From Eledone cirrhosa (taxonomy: Eukaryota), in the NCBI GenBank assembly GCA_964016885.1, contig OZ024740.1, positions 60,450,001 to 60,514,000 of the forward strand: a stretch of DNA of 64,000 bases. Reading direction: 5' to 3'. Positions 42,749 through 54,665 of this stretch are shown piece after piece (position 1 is the stretch's first letter; each line of letters opens with the position of its first letter). A model generated the notes under the pieces. The model saw nothing but the letters and a program-made list of their open reading frames with translations. It had not been told where the DNA came from and did no database searches. Made by a program: the position numbers and the translations under genes.

Positions 42749-43744
42749 TCTATACAGGTTGAGGCCAATCTCTCGGTCGTTAACTACCTCGACGTTACCC
42801 TCAATTTATTGAATGGGTTGCATTACCCGTATAGAAAGCCGAATGATACGCTTAATTACATAAGTAAGCATTCCAACCATCCTGCCAGCATAACCAAGAA
42901 CCTGGTAAAAAACGTTTCGTTGAGGCTTTCCCGTCTTTCCACCAACGAGCGCATTTTCAACGACCATTCCACTTATTACAATGAAGCTCTTGCTCGAAGT
43001 GGATTTGTCGATAAGGTAGCATATACAGAGTACGAGAATAGACCTAGAAGAAATAGATCTCGCCGCATTTGCTGGTTTAACCCACCATATAATATGGAGG
43101 TGGCCACACCATTAGCTAAGATCTTTCTTTCCCTTATTACGAAGCATTTTCCCCCTACACATAAATATAGTAAAATTTTTAATAGAAACACTATTAAAAT
43201 TTCTTACTCAACGACTCCTAACCTTGCACATAACATCACAGCTTCAAATTTAGCTAAAATACCTAGCCGTAGGAACACGTGCAACCCTGTAGTTAGTACT
43301 AACTGTAATTGTAGGAATCGGGCTGATTGTCCCCTATCCGGGAAATGCCTCTCTAGTAACATTGTCTACAAATGTAAGGTTGTAACACCCACGTCCCGTA
43401 GGGCCTACATAGGGTTAACCGCCAATAGTTTCAAGCAGCGTCTTTACATGCATACCCATTCTTTTCGTTACCCTCTAAGAAGGAATATGACGTCACTTTC
43501 AGCTTATATCTGGAGTCTAAAAGACAACCACACCCAATATAAGTTACACTGGGAGATCCTAGCTAGGGCTAGATCGTATAACGGAAATAAAAGACCATGT
43601 GACCTCTGCACCGCTGAGGCCCTGGAAATACTCTACGCCACAGACCACATCTTAAACAAAAAATCTGAGGCAATTTCGGCTTGTAAACATAAATTATACA
43701 AAACTTTCCTGTATTACAGCCCTACGTTATACCCTAACAGATAG
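42749..43744 (+). pseudogene. PLE RT C-terminus/thumb + GIY-YIG fragment
   Basis: NYLDVTLNL..PYRKPN..SNHP..WFNPP..CNCRNRADCPL..IVYKC..AYIGLT..CDLC..CKH; homologous to 3383-4096. Confidence 0.9.
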
Positions 43745-44669
43745 CACAATCTATACGTGGATATTTACGTCTTTATGTGGGAGCTAAGTATATGTTTTGT
43801 TTATTCCTTTACTTTTTGCATAGGTAAGTATATATTACCCGTATGTTTTGTGAAGGTATGTATACCTTCTCGTACGTATATTTGACTGTTTTGGCGTATA
43901 ATTTTTACATATTCTGGTATTTAGGGCTTGGTTATGTGTATATGGGAGTTTTGCGTCTGCGTGAGTATGCAGGTTCGTACGTATGGTGGGTGTGTGTATA
44001 TGTGTACTTCTTGTTTTAGTTGACTTACGTCTCCAAACCTTCATGTATTTATTTGTAGGTATGTGTGTGCGCTTGTTATATACGTATTTATTTACTTATA
44101 TACGTTTATATAATTATTTATTTATTTGTACACAAGCATACACACATACACATATTTATATGTGCGTGGTTTTGTATACCTATGGTAAGGTTTTGCGTAT
44201 GCTTGTGTATGTACGTATCTGTTTGCGTGTATGTATTTATTTGTTCCTATTACTTCTGTATTGTATTTATTTACTTTGTTCTTAACTCTGTAGCGGAGAT
44301 TCATTCGGTCTCCTAGTTAGAATTTTAGTCTACGACTTCTGCTATACCATTTACGGGGTTTTGTCTTTGCACGCTATTGTTCTCCACACTCCACATATGA
44401 CTTATTATCTTCGTTTTTTCGTTCATTGCCAGAGAACGTCTCTATGCACCACTTAGAGAACATTAGTCTACGACCTCTTTTATACCATAAACGTGGTTCT
44501 GTCCTTGCACGTAATTGTTTTTCACCGCTCCTATTAATGACGTATTATTCGTTTTTTCCCGTTCTTTGCCAGCGAACGTCACCATGAACCAAAGTATCGT
44601 CTTCCTGTCTTCCTCCGGTTGCAACGTTTTTTGAAATATCCAGTTCTGCGTTTACAGATTGACTTTGTT

Positions 44670-44720
44670 AGTTTCAGAAGATCCCGTTAAGGGTGAAAGC
44701 AGCGATTCTTTGCTTAAACT
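44670..44720 (+). ncRNA. Hammerhead-like motif with CAGAAGA (U4A) core
   Basis: AGTTT-CAGAAGA-T-CCC/GGG-T-GAAA-GCA/TGC-TT-AAACT; same core in the inverted arm (~42643-42693) and a diverged copy (~54103-54152). Confidence 0.6.
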
Positions 44721-45170
44721 TTAATCTGTTATTTTAATAAATATTTGCTCTTCGGTTCTTATATATTTGATATATATTTTCCTTATCGAGCCCTCTCTGG
44801 ATTTTAGTCTTCAATTTTATTATTATTACTATATATATATATATATATATATATCAACTAGAAATTGATTGATATATAAATAAACATATGAAACAATCAC
44901 TGGGGATAATTTGTAAAAGTGTGTAAGCACACATAGCTAGGTAGGTAACTAAATAAAGTTTAACTAGAACTTCAAAAATAGATACCCTATAAATTGATTA
45001 ATCTTCCTTGCAAGGAAGATTAATCAATTTATAAGGTATCTATTGGTCTTTCCAGCTGCTAATCCTCTCTATCGGTCGCAACTCCGTGTAGAAGGAGCAA
45101 CGTGAAATGAAGTGCTTTGCTCAAGGACATAACGCATCGTCCTGTCCGGGAATCGAATATATATATATAT

Positions 45171-45351
45171 AAGTTTCCCCTAACCTATATATCTATATAT
45201 CTATATATCTATATATCTATATATATAAGTTTCCCCTAACCTATATATCTATATATCTATATATCTATATATCTATATATATAAGTTTCCCCTAACCTAT
45301 ATATCTATATATCTATATATCTATATATCTATATATATAAGTTTCCTCTAA

Positions 45352-45411
<60 letters not shown>

Positions 45412-45421
45412 TTTCCCCTAA

Positions 45422-45423
<2 letters not shown>
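45171..45423 (+). repeat. Minisatellite of AAGTTTCCCCTAACC + (TATATATC)n, 5 units
   Basis: Unit starts at 45171, 45227, 45283, 45339, 45409 (periods 56, 56, 56, 70). Confidence 0.9.
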
Positions 45424-45480
<57 letters not shown>

Positions 45481-45484
<4 letters not shown>

Positions 45485-45694
45485 GGAAACTTTTATTTCT
45501 TGAAGTTCGTCATTCTGGTAGGCCTGGAATGGTATGTTGGCTTTACGGAACTTTACATTTTTAATTATCCGGAAAAGGTATTCTTCGAATGGTTCTCGCA
45601 AGCAGTTGGTAGGCGATGCGTTGTTGATTTTAAGCCCAATCTTTTCTTCATTCGTCGATGCTACATCAGGGTGGTCGAAGAAGAAGGCTCTCAT
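45481..45694 (-). pseudogene. Naiad-type PLE N-terminal fragment
   Basis: [29 protein letters not shown] aligns with KAYHY..EKYGFK..DPFELDLMNMINGTKFKK of the 33964 ORF. Confidence 0.7.
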
Positions 45695-45721
45695 ATATAT
45701 ATATGTGTGTGGTGTGTGTTT

Positions 45722-45847
<126 letters not shown>

Positions 45848-46049
45848 TGAACTCGTGTTCGACGCACGAGAGCTAAGAAATTCTACTTTCGTTTTTATTC
45901 ACATTTTCGTGTTTGTGTCTTCTGTACGACACTAAACCTGCTTTGTTTTTTCAATCCCGACTGTATCCTTCACAGACAAAACGTTGACTAGAAAGTGTAT
46001 GCCTTAGATCACTTAGGTGCTGATCTTTGTGTTGACAAGGCTCCTGATA

Positions 46050-46550
46050 CCATTTTGACAGATTTTCCACTACCTATTACGGTCAGCAGCACATTCCCAA
46101 AACTCTGACGCTTATATCTCAATATGATTGATATTCTTCAGCTAATACTTGTATCTAAAAAGGTCTCCCTGCGTTTCGCACTCACGCCTGAAGTTGGCCA
46201 TGAGTGAGAATTTTCAAGTCTTTCATCCTTCATCCTAACAATACAGTCAGCCCATCTTAATTCAGACTTTACCAAGAACGCCTCTATGTTTTTTATATCA
46301 CATTTATGAAATAACTGTTCATTTGAAATGTTGTGCTTCCATGTGAAACCACAGATATGTTTAAGAAAGTAACTAGCTGCGATATGTTTTCTATATGGTG
46401 CCGACGAATCAGACTCATACAGCAAGTTTGAGATAACTGCACGGTAACCTGAAATTTTGGTTTTCAAACTCAATCCTTTCTCATTCTTCACTCTTGTACA
46501 CAGCTTTCCAATGTCATCACTCGCCTTAGCGACCCTATTTACTACTTCTA
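46050..46550 (-). pseudogene. Decayed RTE-type LINE RT C-terminal fragment
   Basis: LSLKTKISGYRAV..LLY..ISNEQL..LRWADCIVRMKDER. Confidence 0.7.
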
Positions 46551-47132
46551 AAGAGTACCAAAATTGATTTTACTTCCTAAGAATAACAAGGACATCAAAT
46601 ACTTTAGAGACTTTTTTCCACAAAGAATCTGATGGGATTCATGCACAGTATAGTGGGCAAGGCCCCAATAAATTGAGAAAATAGAGAAAACATTTGATTC
46701 GGAGATGGCCTACAAAGTAGGTGTTATTGTCGCCACAGACCATTTCCGAATTATATTTTCTCTGTTTGTGTTTGCCGTAACTCCTTTATTGATTAACTAA
46801 TTATGCAATACGAACCTAATAGTGTCAGGATCTTACGTAACCCGCCCATTGAAATATATATAGCGTTTTTGCAATAATAAAACTATAAGGGAACTTCACC
46901 AGCCCTGCCTCCTGTTATTTATCAAACTAATAATTAACTCCGTTCCTGCATCACCAACAGGATTCAACATCAACAATGGATGAGTTGCGTAACGTAGAGT
47001 GCTTTTCCTACTATCATGGTTAACTATACGGAATGACCAGTTCTATCCATTAAACTTAAATGAATATATATATATACACACATTCATATATATATATATA
47101 AACACGCACACATACACACAGACATACACACA

Positions 47133-47234
<102 letters not shown>

Positions 47235-47304
47235 TATCCCTGGTTCAATCGGGGGTGACCACAGTAAGTAAGGTACTCAATACATAAATATTTAATATAG
47301 AAAT

Positions 47305-47355
47305 GGCTTCTGCAGGACTAGAACTGTTTCATTTGGGAGAAATTATCAGGAAGCC
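47305..47355 (-). ncRNA. Degenerate hammerhead, same family as 5658-5708 (unit 47232-47358)
   Basis: GGCTTC-CTGATAA..GAAA-CAG/CTG-CA-GAAGCC; G8 and U16.1 mutated. Confidence 0.55.
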
Positions 47356-49857
47356 CTGAACCTACAGTAACTCCGCGTTATACTCACTGGATATATATAT
47401 ATACAATAAGAATAAACCACATCTTCAAACAATTCTCCATTTAATATAGGAACCATTTCACATACTTCTATATTAACATTTGGAACGGCACGAGTTTTAG
47501 AAACTTCTTTGATTTAAATAAATTTCTAATTTAGAGTTCCTTTGTAAAAAGAGTCCAAGCAATTTAATAACATAGACAAATAATTTTGTATATAAACTGA
47601 TCATATTTTGGGAATCAATATAAAATGTTTTGATTCAGGAGATACAGGATGATTGTGAATTGAGCTTAAATGATTTGTATGTGTTAGAAATTGCTTTTAT
47701 TGATTAGCTATTGTAAAGTTGATTGGTCAATTAGTTACTAATGGCAACACAGCAAACGATCACAATAGAGAATTGTTTCACAGATTGTTAAACGTTCAAT
47801 TTTCTATTTAAAATAATTATCCATTTTAAATTATCAACCAAATCGTGAGCTTATCTAGGTCAAGTTAACATTGGGATGGGGAACATTAAAAATTCTCATT
47901 ACAATACAAATCTAATACAGACACACACACACGTATTTGATATTTTCTTTCCATATAAGTATTGATTTTCTGTAAACGAAAAAAAAAGGGGAGTATTACA
48001 CTGGTTCATATTATCTCTATATCTGTCTAATTATATACAGATATATAGAACTATGCTCAACGTAGAGGCGGAAAAGATGATTTTAAAATTGGAGGCTTGT
48101 CTATTAAGCTGAAGCATGAGAATGACACATGATCGTATGATACAAAGAAATCATCGTTGATTTCCGGAGGCGAGTAAATCAGAAAAGTGAAAAAGCACAT
48201 TCAAATCTAAATAATTAGAATACCAAGGCTATTTTAACAGGAGACATAAATGAGTTTATTTCGACCAGTCAGATATTGGAAGCATGGGTAACATTTTACT
48301 TCTGACATTTAATGTGAGTAATTATTGAATGCAGTAACAACATTCAAGACTGGTGGCAGTGTTGAATCTGGACGTCTCTGTGGAATCACAAAGGCGTATC
48401 CATTAAAAGGGAAATAAGGATAGTATGTTTCCAAAAACTAAAATAAGGCTAGTAAAATATGGCAGTATATTTTCAATTGCGTTCTATAGGGATCAACAGA
48501 CATTTTGTATAGATGAAAATTGATGCCTTCAAGATTTGACGATAGCATGAAATTATTTCAAAGTCGCTGTAACAAATTACCCCGACTGTGGCTTGAAGGG
48601 AATTTCATCTTCCTCCTATGATTTCAGTTTACTTCCTCAAATCATTTCCCAATATCCATCGGCTCTAGTGGCTAGTAATAAGATTATCATTATTATTGAC
48701 AGAACTCGGGCTAAACAACGAAAAACAATTTTTTTATTTCAAATCTTTAAAAAATGTCCAGACTCTGAATCTCTGGTCTTTAAAACAAAGGTAAGCATAA
48801 TAAAACTGTTAGGGAAAGTGGTTAAAATCCAAAAGTTATGTAACAATATTATTTCACATTTTGGGCCTACCCTATTCTTCCGTGTATATCGCACAGTTTT
48901 TTGGGGGTTTTTCACTTTCACTTTTTTCCTTGTTTGATTTGAGGATGCGCTGTATACACCATAACTAAATCTTTCCAGCCTTTGTTTCTTCAGGCCTGTT
49001 CCCTAGAAAACAGCCAGCAGGAGACAGGAGACTGTATCAAGAATCAACCAATACCGAGTATCTTTAGACTTCGATCGTACCTGTTCTTATACAATATTAT
49101 GTAATAAAATGTTTGAATAAAGTTTTACATACCATATAATGTGTTTAAAATGTAATTAAATGGCTAATTGTTTTTTTATTTGAAAATAACACATTATACA
49201 TACATATCTGCATTCACCAATGTTCTCTGGCTTGAACACCCAGCGGTAGATTTTCCCGGTTTCTCCTCAGCATTATATACCAAAACTAGGCGGCTTTTCA
49301 AGACATTTTTCTGGTCGGTAATGGGTGCGCATTATACATAAATGCTTGCAATACACGGAATAAGACGTAGATTACAATATAGTGTATTTCACGTGCTCTA
49401 TACAATAAGCGTATTAAGAGTTGTAAATATTAGAATTTATCATTTCAGCTAAATCAGAGATGACGGTAATACGAACACTGCAGGGATAATTTGAAATCAG
49501 GTTCAGGCTAACCCTCGAGTTAATATTAAAGCGCTTTCTGATTACTGGAAGGTAAACTCAAATGAAGTATATCTTGAACATAAATGTCTTTTGAATATAA
49601 GCTATATTTTTATCCTTTGAATAGATGGATGATTTTTCTACGAGAGAAAATTAAAGAAGAATTGGAGAAGTATAAGTGTCGCTATGTAAATAACTTAATG
49701 CAACTAGTCATAGGGGATGTATCTGAACAACGAAAACCACTTTCTAGCTAATATGAAATCCTTACATTCATTAGCAGACGACATTTCCCCCTAGTCCAAA
49801 TTCCATATTCATTTCCAAAATAAACTGTTTATTTATACGATAATGTATATATACTGC

Positions 49858-50404
49858 TGAACACCATGCTTCGTTCTGAGTTCAAATCCCGCCGAGGTTA
49901 GCTTTGCCTTTCATCCCTAATGTTCGATAAAAGTATCAGTCATGTCACCTACTAGGGTCGATTTAATAGACTTTCCTCTCTTCTTCAAATTGCTGGCCTT
50001 GTGCCTAAAGTAGAAATCGTTATTATTATCATAATTATCGGACACCATGTTTCGCAGCATAGAGTTACAGCCCTTTAAGTTCTGAGTTCTAATCCTGACG
50101 AGGTTAGCTTTGCCTTTCATCCTTACAGGGTCACTAAAATAAAGTACCAGTAACCTATAGGGGTAAATTGCATTGACTCCCCGCCACCTTCAAATTGCTG
50201 GCCTTGTGCTTAAAGTAGAAACAATTATTATTATTATTAATTGACTTCACAGAGGGTGGTGGATTGACAGTATCGGTAGAGCGCCGGACATGATGCTTTA
50301 CAGCATAGAGATACGCCCCTTTACTATCAGAGTTCAAATCTCGCTGAAGTTAGTTATGCCTTTCATCCTTACGGGGTCGATAAAATAAAATACCAGTAAT
50401 ACAC
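49858..50404 (+). mobile_element. Three tandem SINE family A copies
   Basis: GAGTTC(A/T)AATC..TGCCTTTCATCC recurs at ~49878, ~50084 and ~50330. Confidence 0.8.
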
Positions 50405-50466
50405 CAGTTTTACGCTTGATGTAGTAGGCAAAGAGTCTTAATGTTTTGGTCATACACACACACACG

Positions 50467-50543
<77 letters not shown>

Positions 50544-50989
50544 AAGACGTAAAATAAGAAAATTATAAAAATTAACTTACTTACTAAAATTTCACTCCAA
50601 CTAATTAGTTTCTGAAAGGGAATAAACATGGTTTCCGAATGGAACACATGGAGAAGGCCTTTCGTCATCAGGAAGTCTGTTCTCAGCTAAGTTCCCAGGC
50701 GATGCGTGGACACAGGGAACTTATACAAAAATAATTCAGTGGATGGAAAAAAGCAAGCGTGGACTAAATTCCAAGACATTGAAAAAATCACTGCCTACTT
50801 GGTCGGTGGCAAATTCAAAAGAATCAATCACGTGACATCGAGGTTAATCAGTGAGGAGTGGGGTGTTAAGAAGACAGTAGCCGAACTATTACTATGAACT
50901 ATAGTAGCAGTTTTGGCAAATTTTTGCTCAACAAATATTTGCTAGCATAGGTATGCATCTGTATATATATGTTGGTAGATATACTAATT

Positions 50990-51032
<43 letters not shown>

Positions 51033-51035
<3 letters not shown>

Positions 51036-51350
51036 CGAGGTTTTTGATATGAAATCGTGTGTCGAAACAAATATTGTTATACTTGGGGAGGGTCATATTG
51101 TTGTAATAATATTGCCAGAAATAATAACAGAACAGACTCACTGTTTGGTTAGTTTTCGTTTCTGTATCTTTTATATCTCCATAGTTAATTTATTTGACAA
51201 TCAATGTTTATCATTGATTGACCAACGGTTAGAAATACAGATATAAATATATATATATAGTCTAACAAAGTTATTTCATTGCACATCTGCCACATTATCA
51301 GTGGTACTATTATGTTTCCTCCTGTTGTATTGTATGTCTACGCCATTTTT
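51033..51350 (-). mobile_element. Neptune-type pLTR fragment with degenerate HHR
   Basis: Reverse complement aligns with 23455-23738 and 10685-10750. Confidence 0.75.
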
Positions 51351-51351
51351 C

Positions 51352-51660
51352 TGGCGGGATTTGAACTCAGACCATAAAGGAGCGTAACTATGCTGCAAAG
51401 CATGGCGTCCGACCTTCTAACGATACTGCCAATTCCCCGCCCTTGAACTAATAATGGTTTCTTATATAGGCACAAGGCCAGCAATGTTGGGAGGGGAAAG
51501 TCGATTATATCGTCACCAGTGCGTTACTTGTACTTTATTTTATTGACTCCTAATAATTGTTTCTACTTTTGGCACAAGGCCAGCAATTATCCAGTACATT
51601 ACTGGTACTTTATTTTATCAACCCCGTAAGGATGAAAGGCAAAGTTAACCTCGGCATGAT
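51352..51660 (-). mobile_element. Cluster of SINE family A pieces
   Basis: One head fragment plus two 3' fragments. Confidence 0.75.
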
Positions 51661-51774
51661 TTAATCATAGTTGAGAAGAGATGAAGCAGAGTGAACTGAT
51701 CAAGTCAGTGGTCAAATTACAAAGGAATGAGAAAGAAGTTTGATGGGAATATGGTAGGTAGGGCAGTAGCGAGA

Positions 51775-51853
51775 AGAGAGAGAGAGAGAGAGGGGGGGTG
51801 ACAGAGAGAGAGAGAGAGAGGGGGTGACAGAGAGAGAGAGAGAGAGGGGGTGA

Positions 51854-51887
<34 letters not shown>

Positions 51888-51913
51888 TGACAGAGAGAGA
51901 GAGATAGGGGGGG

Positions 51914-51986
<73 letters not shown>

Positions 51987-52012
51987 GGGGTGACACAGAG
52001 AGAGAGAGAGAG
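51775..52012. repeat. (GA)n-GGGGGTGACA compound minisatellite
   Basis: Direct reading; about six G-run units. Confidence 0.9.
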
Positions 52013-52256
52013 CAGTAGTAAACAACAGTTTGGATTTCAAAATTAGGCTGTGTCGGTTACAATGGTAATATCATTATGTACGATACATAAAGGATACAGA
52101 AAATACGGAAAAGACAGATACATGGACAGTTCCCGCCCGTCGGCTGTCTTCTGGGGATCATTATAGTTTTGGATGCTTTACAGACATGACTATGCTTCCC
52201 AATAAAATGAAATTAACATTATGTCTAAGTTTATTGTGATAGACTTCAAAACGTCG

Positions 52257-52290
<34 letters not shown>

Positions 52291-52389
52291 CGGGGGCGGT
52301 AGAGGGGGTTAATAACTAAAGACTTCACAAATTTTATTACGTATTCCTACTTTTCTTTCTCTGTCTAACATTTGCACTTTATGTATATT

Positions 52390-52893
52390 CTAGATGGCCC
52401 GTCTGGCTGGCGTCCGGCTAGGTATACCGGCATTTTATCTTTTCAGGAATCCCCATCCACTCCAGTGCAAAGATACCGCACGCCCTCTCAAGTCAGCGAG
52501 GGGTAGGGTGGGAGGGGTTAACGTGCTCTGATGTTGGGTTTGAATAGTTTTTAGGATTCCCCAGTTCAGCACCCAGTACGTTAAAGAAAATTGATAGTTA
52601 CAACAACAAAGGCTGAACAGAGAACACATTTTTTAACAAACTTTACAATAATTTGTACAACCATAATGGAAATTCCAAGTAACAGAAAATTCATAAATTA
52701 CATTGTTAGAGCCTCAGAGTATACAATATTTTTGTTCGGCCCTCGGGAGCAGAGATGAAGAGATTGTTTGGCGAGCTCACCCTAGAGCATCCTACATACA
52801 ATTGACCATGAGAGAAGCATGGTTTTCCCAGATGAAGGCCAGCTACTTTTAGGGTTTGACCCTGAGCTTTGTTGATGGTAATCGCGAAGCTTA
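52390..52893 (-). mobile_element. 3' end of an autonomous Helitron (Pif1-like helicase C-terminus, 3' UTR, CTAG)
   Basis: LSFAITINKAQGQTL..CFSHGQLYVGCSRV; the minus strand ends in a GC-rich segment then CTAG at 52390. Confidence 0.85.
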
Positions 52894-53080
52894 GTATCTC
52901 TGTTGCTCTAGTAACATTTTTTCTTCTAGAAAATCTGATCTTGCGGCCAGGCTGGGACTTTTTGGGTGGCATATCGGCAGTAAAAATGACGATAACCCGT
53001 CTGTGCTTTCGTGAAATACATACGTATGTTTATATTTTGTTTTTGTGTATGCAAAAATATCTGTACACGAATATATAATT

Positions 53081-53130
<50 letters not shown>

Positions 53131-53134
<4 letters not shown>

Positions 53135-53828
53135 AGATAAGCAGAACAAGTAAAAATTCAATCAATTTTTCAAAATAAATCAAAATTAATATACAATCAA
53201 AATTAATCAAAATTAAAAAATATAATATAAATATTTACCTATTCTAATGGCCCTAACTGTACAGTTTCACGGTGCAAAACATTAAATATCACCAGGATAT
53301 TAATGGAAAAGCAACGATCATCGGAGAAGCATTTTCCTGTCCTAGGGTTAAAAACCCCAGGAACGACAAAATATATGACCTCACTCCAACTAATACAGGT
53401 CTAAAAGGTCGTGAAAGTGACCCGTAAATACATTGGTGTATAGTGAAGGCGGGAAATCGTAGACTCGCCGTCTATAGCTCGCCACTAAAAAAAGATTTTT
53501 AGTAACTAAATATAACGACAAAATTTGTATCTCTACATATGGAGATTATTGAAAAAGGTTAATATATATCTGAGGGTACAATGTACCCCCGGAAATATAT
53601 AGTGTGTCTATGATTTATGGTGGTTCTATGGTAATAATTTGATATACCAGAACATAATATCAAGATAAGCAGAACAAGTAAAAATTCAATCAATTTTTCA
53701 AAATAAATCAAAATTAATATACAATCAAAATTAATCAAAATTAAAAAATATAATATAAATATTTACCTATTCTAATGGCCCTAACTGTACAGTTTCACGG
53801 TGCAAAACATTAAATATCACCAGGATAT
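53131..53828 (-). mobile_element. Non-coding HHR-like unit present as 1.3 tandem monomers (528-bp period)
   Basis: 53131-53300 is identical to 53659-53828. Minus-strand motif at 53251-53328: CCGATGA-T-CGTTGC..GCACCG-T-GAAA-CTGTACAG-TT-AGGG. Confidence 0.7.
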
Positions 53829-54066
53829 ATGACGATGTTGCAGATGTGCAACGAAAGATTTATGATAAACTATATATATGTGTTTGTGTCTATATTGTAT
53901 CTGTATTATTTTTGACCGTCGGTCAGTCAATGGCAACATTGAGGACCGAGTAAGTTAGATTACCGATATAAAAGACAGCGAGAAGCGAAAACCAACCAAA
54001 CAGTGAGTGTGTTCTGTTATTAATTCTGGCAATATTACACAAATATGACCCTCCCCAAGTATAACT
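53829..54066 (+). mobile_element. Neptune-type pLTR fragment starting inside its HHR core
   Basis: Nearly identical to 23501-23734. Confidence 0.85.
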
Positions 54067-54084
54067 ATATATATATATATATAT

Positions 54085-54199
54085 ATTAAAATAACAGATT
54101 AAAGTGTAAGCAAAGAATCGCTGCTTTCACCAATAACGGATCTTCTGAAACTAAAAAAAATCAATCTGTGACCGCAGAAGTAATATTTCGAAAAACGTT
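54085..54199 (-). mobile_element. pLTR fragment of the 42621-44830 family
   Basis: Aligns with 42626-42741. Confidence 0.8.
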
Positions 54200-54602
54200 A
54201 TTAATTAAGAGTTGGTTAGAAGCGAAGTCAATGCAGATAGGCAGCCAGACAGACAGATATTATAAGCGTGCGACGTTATAGCTATGTATCTAATGCAGAC
54301 AGCCAGATATACAGAGACATATTATAAGGGCGCGACGTTACATCTATGTATCTAGCTAAAAAGACAGACTAAGAAAGATAGAGGAATGTCGTATAACCGG
54401 AAGTGTTGACATTTGAAAATTTTAAAGAACTGAATATTTAAATAAACGATAAAATATCTTTAATCTTTTAACTAAATTTAGTAGACAAAAATACCCTCAC
54501 TTTCTTACTTGGAAAAGTTACATCTATGGTGCAAATTTGGTGCTGTTTGGTCCAGCCGTTTGGCGAAAGGTTTGTTACATACATACGGCCGTCAGCTTTA
54601 TA

Positions 54603-54665
<63 letters not shown>

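Larger units (their letters stand above)
42621..44830 (+). mobile_element. 5'-truncated Naiad-type PLE with inverted partial pLTR
   Basis: 42621-42746 is the reverse complement of ~44617-44743; ORF ~42747-43744; tail to 44830; (TA)n on both sides. Confidence 0.9.

Noticed and set aside
45171-45423. CRISPR-like array
   Set aside because: The spacers are identical low-complexity TA sequence, the context is eukaryotic and there are no cas genes.
50600-50680. Hammerhead on the minus strand (CTGATGA..GAAA)
   Set aside because: No stem I partner could be formed after the putative cleavage site.
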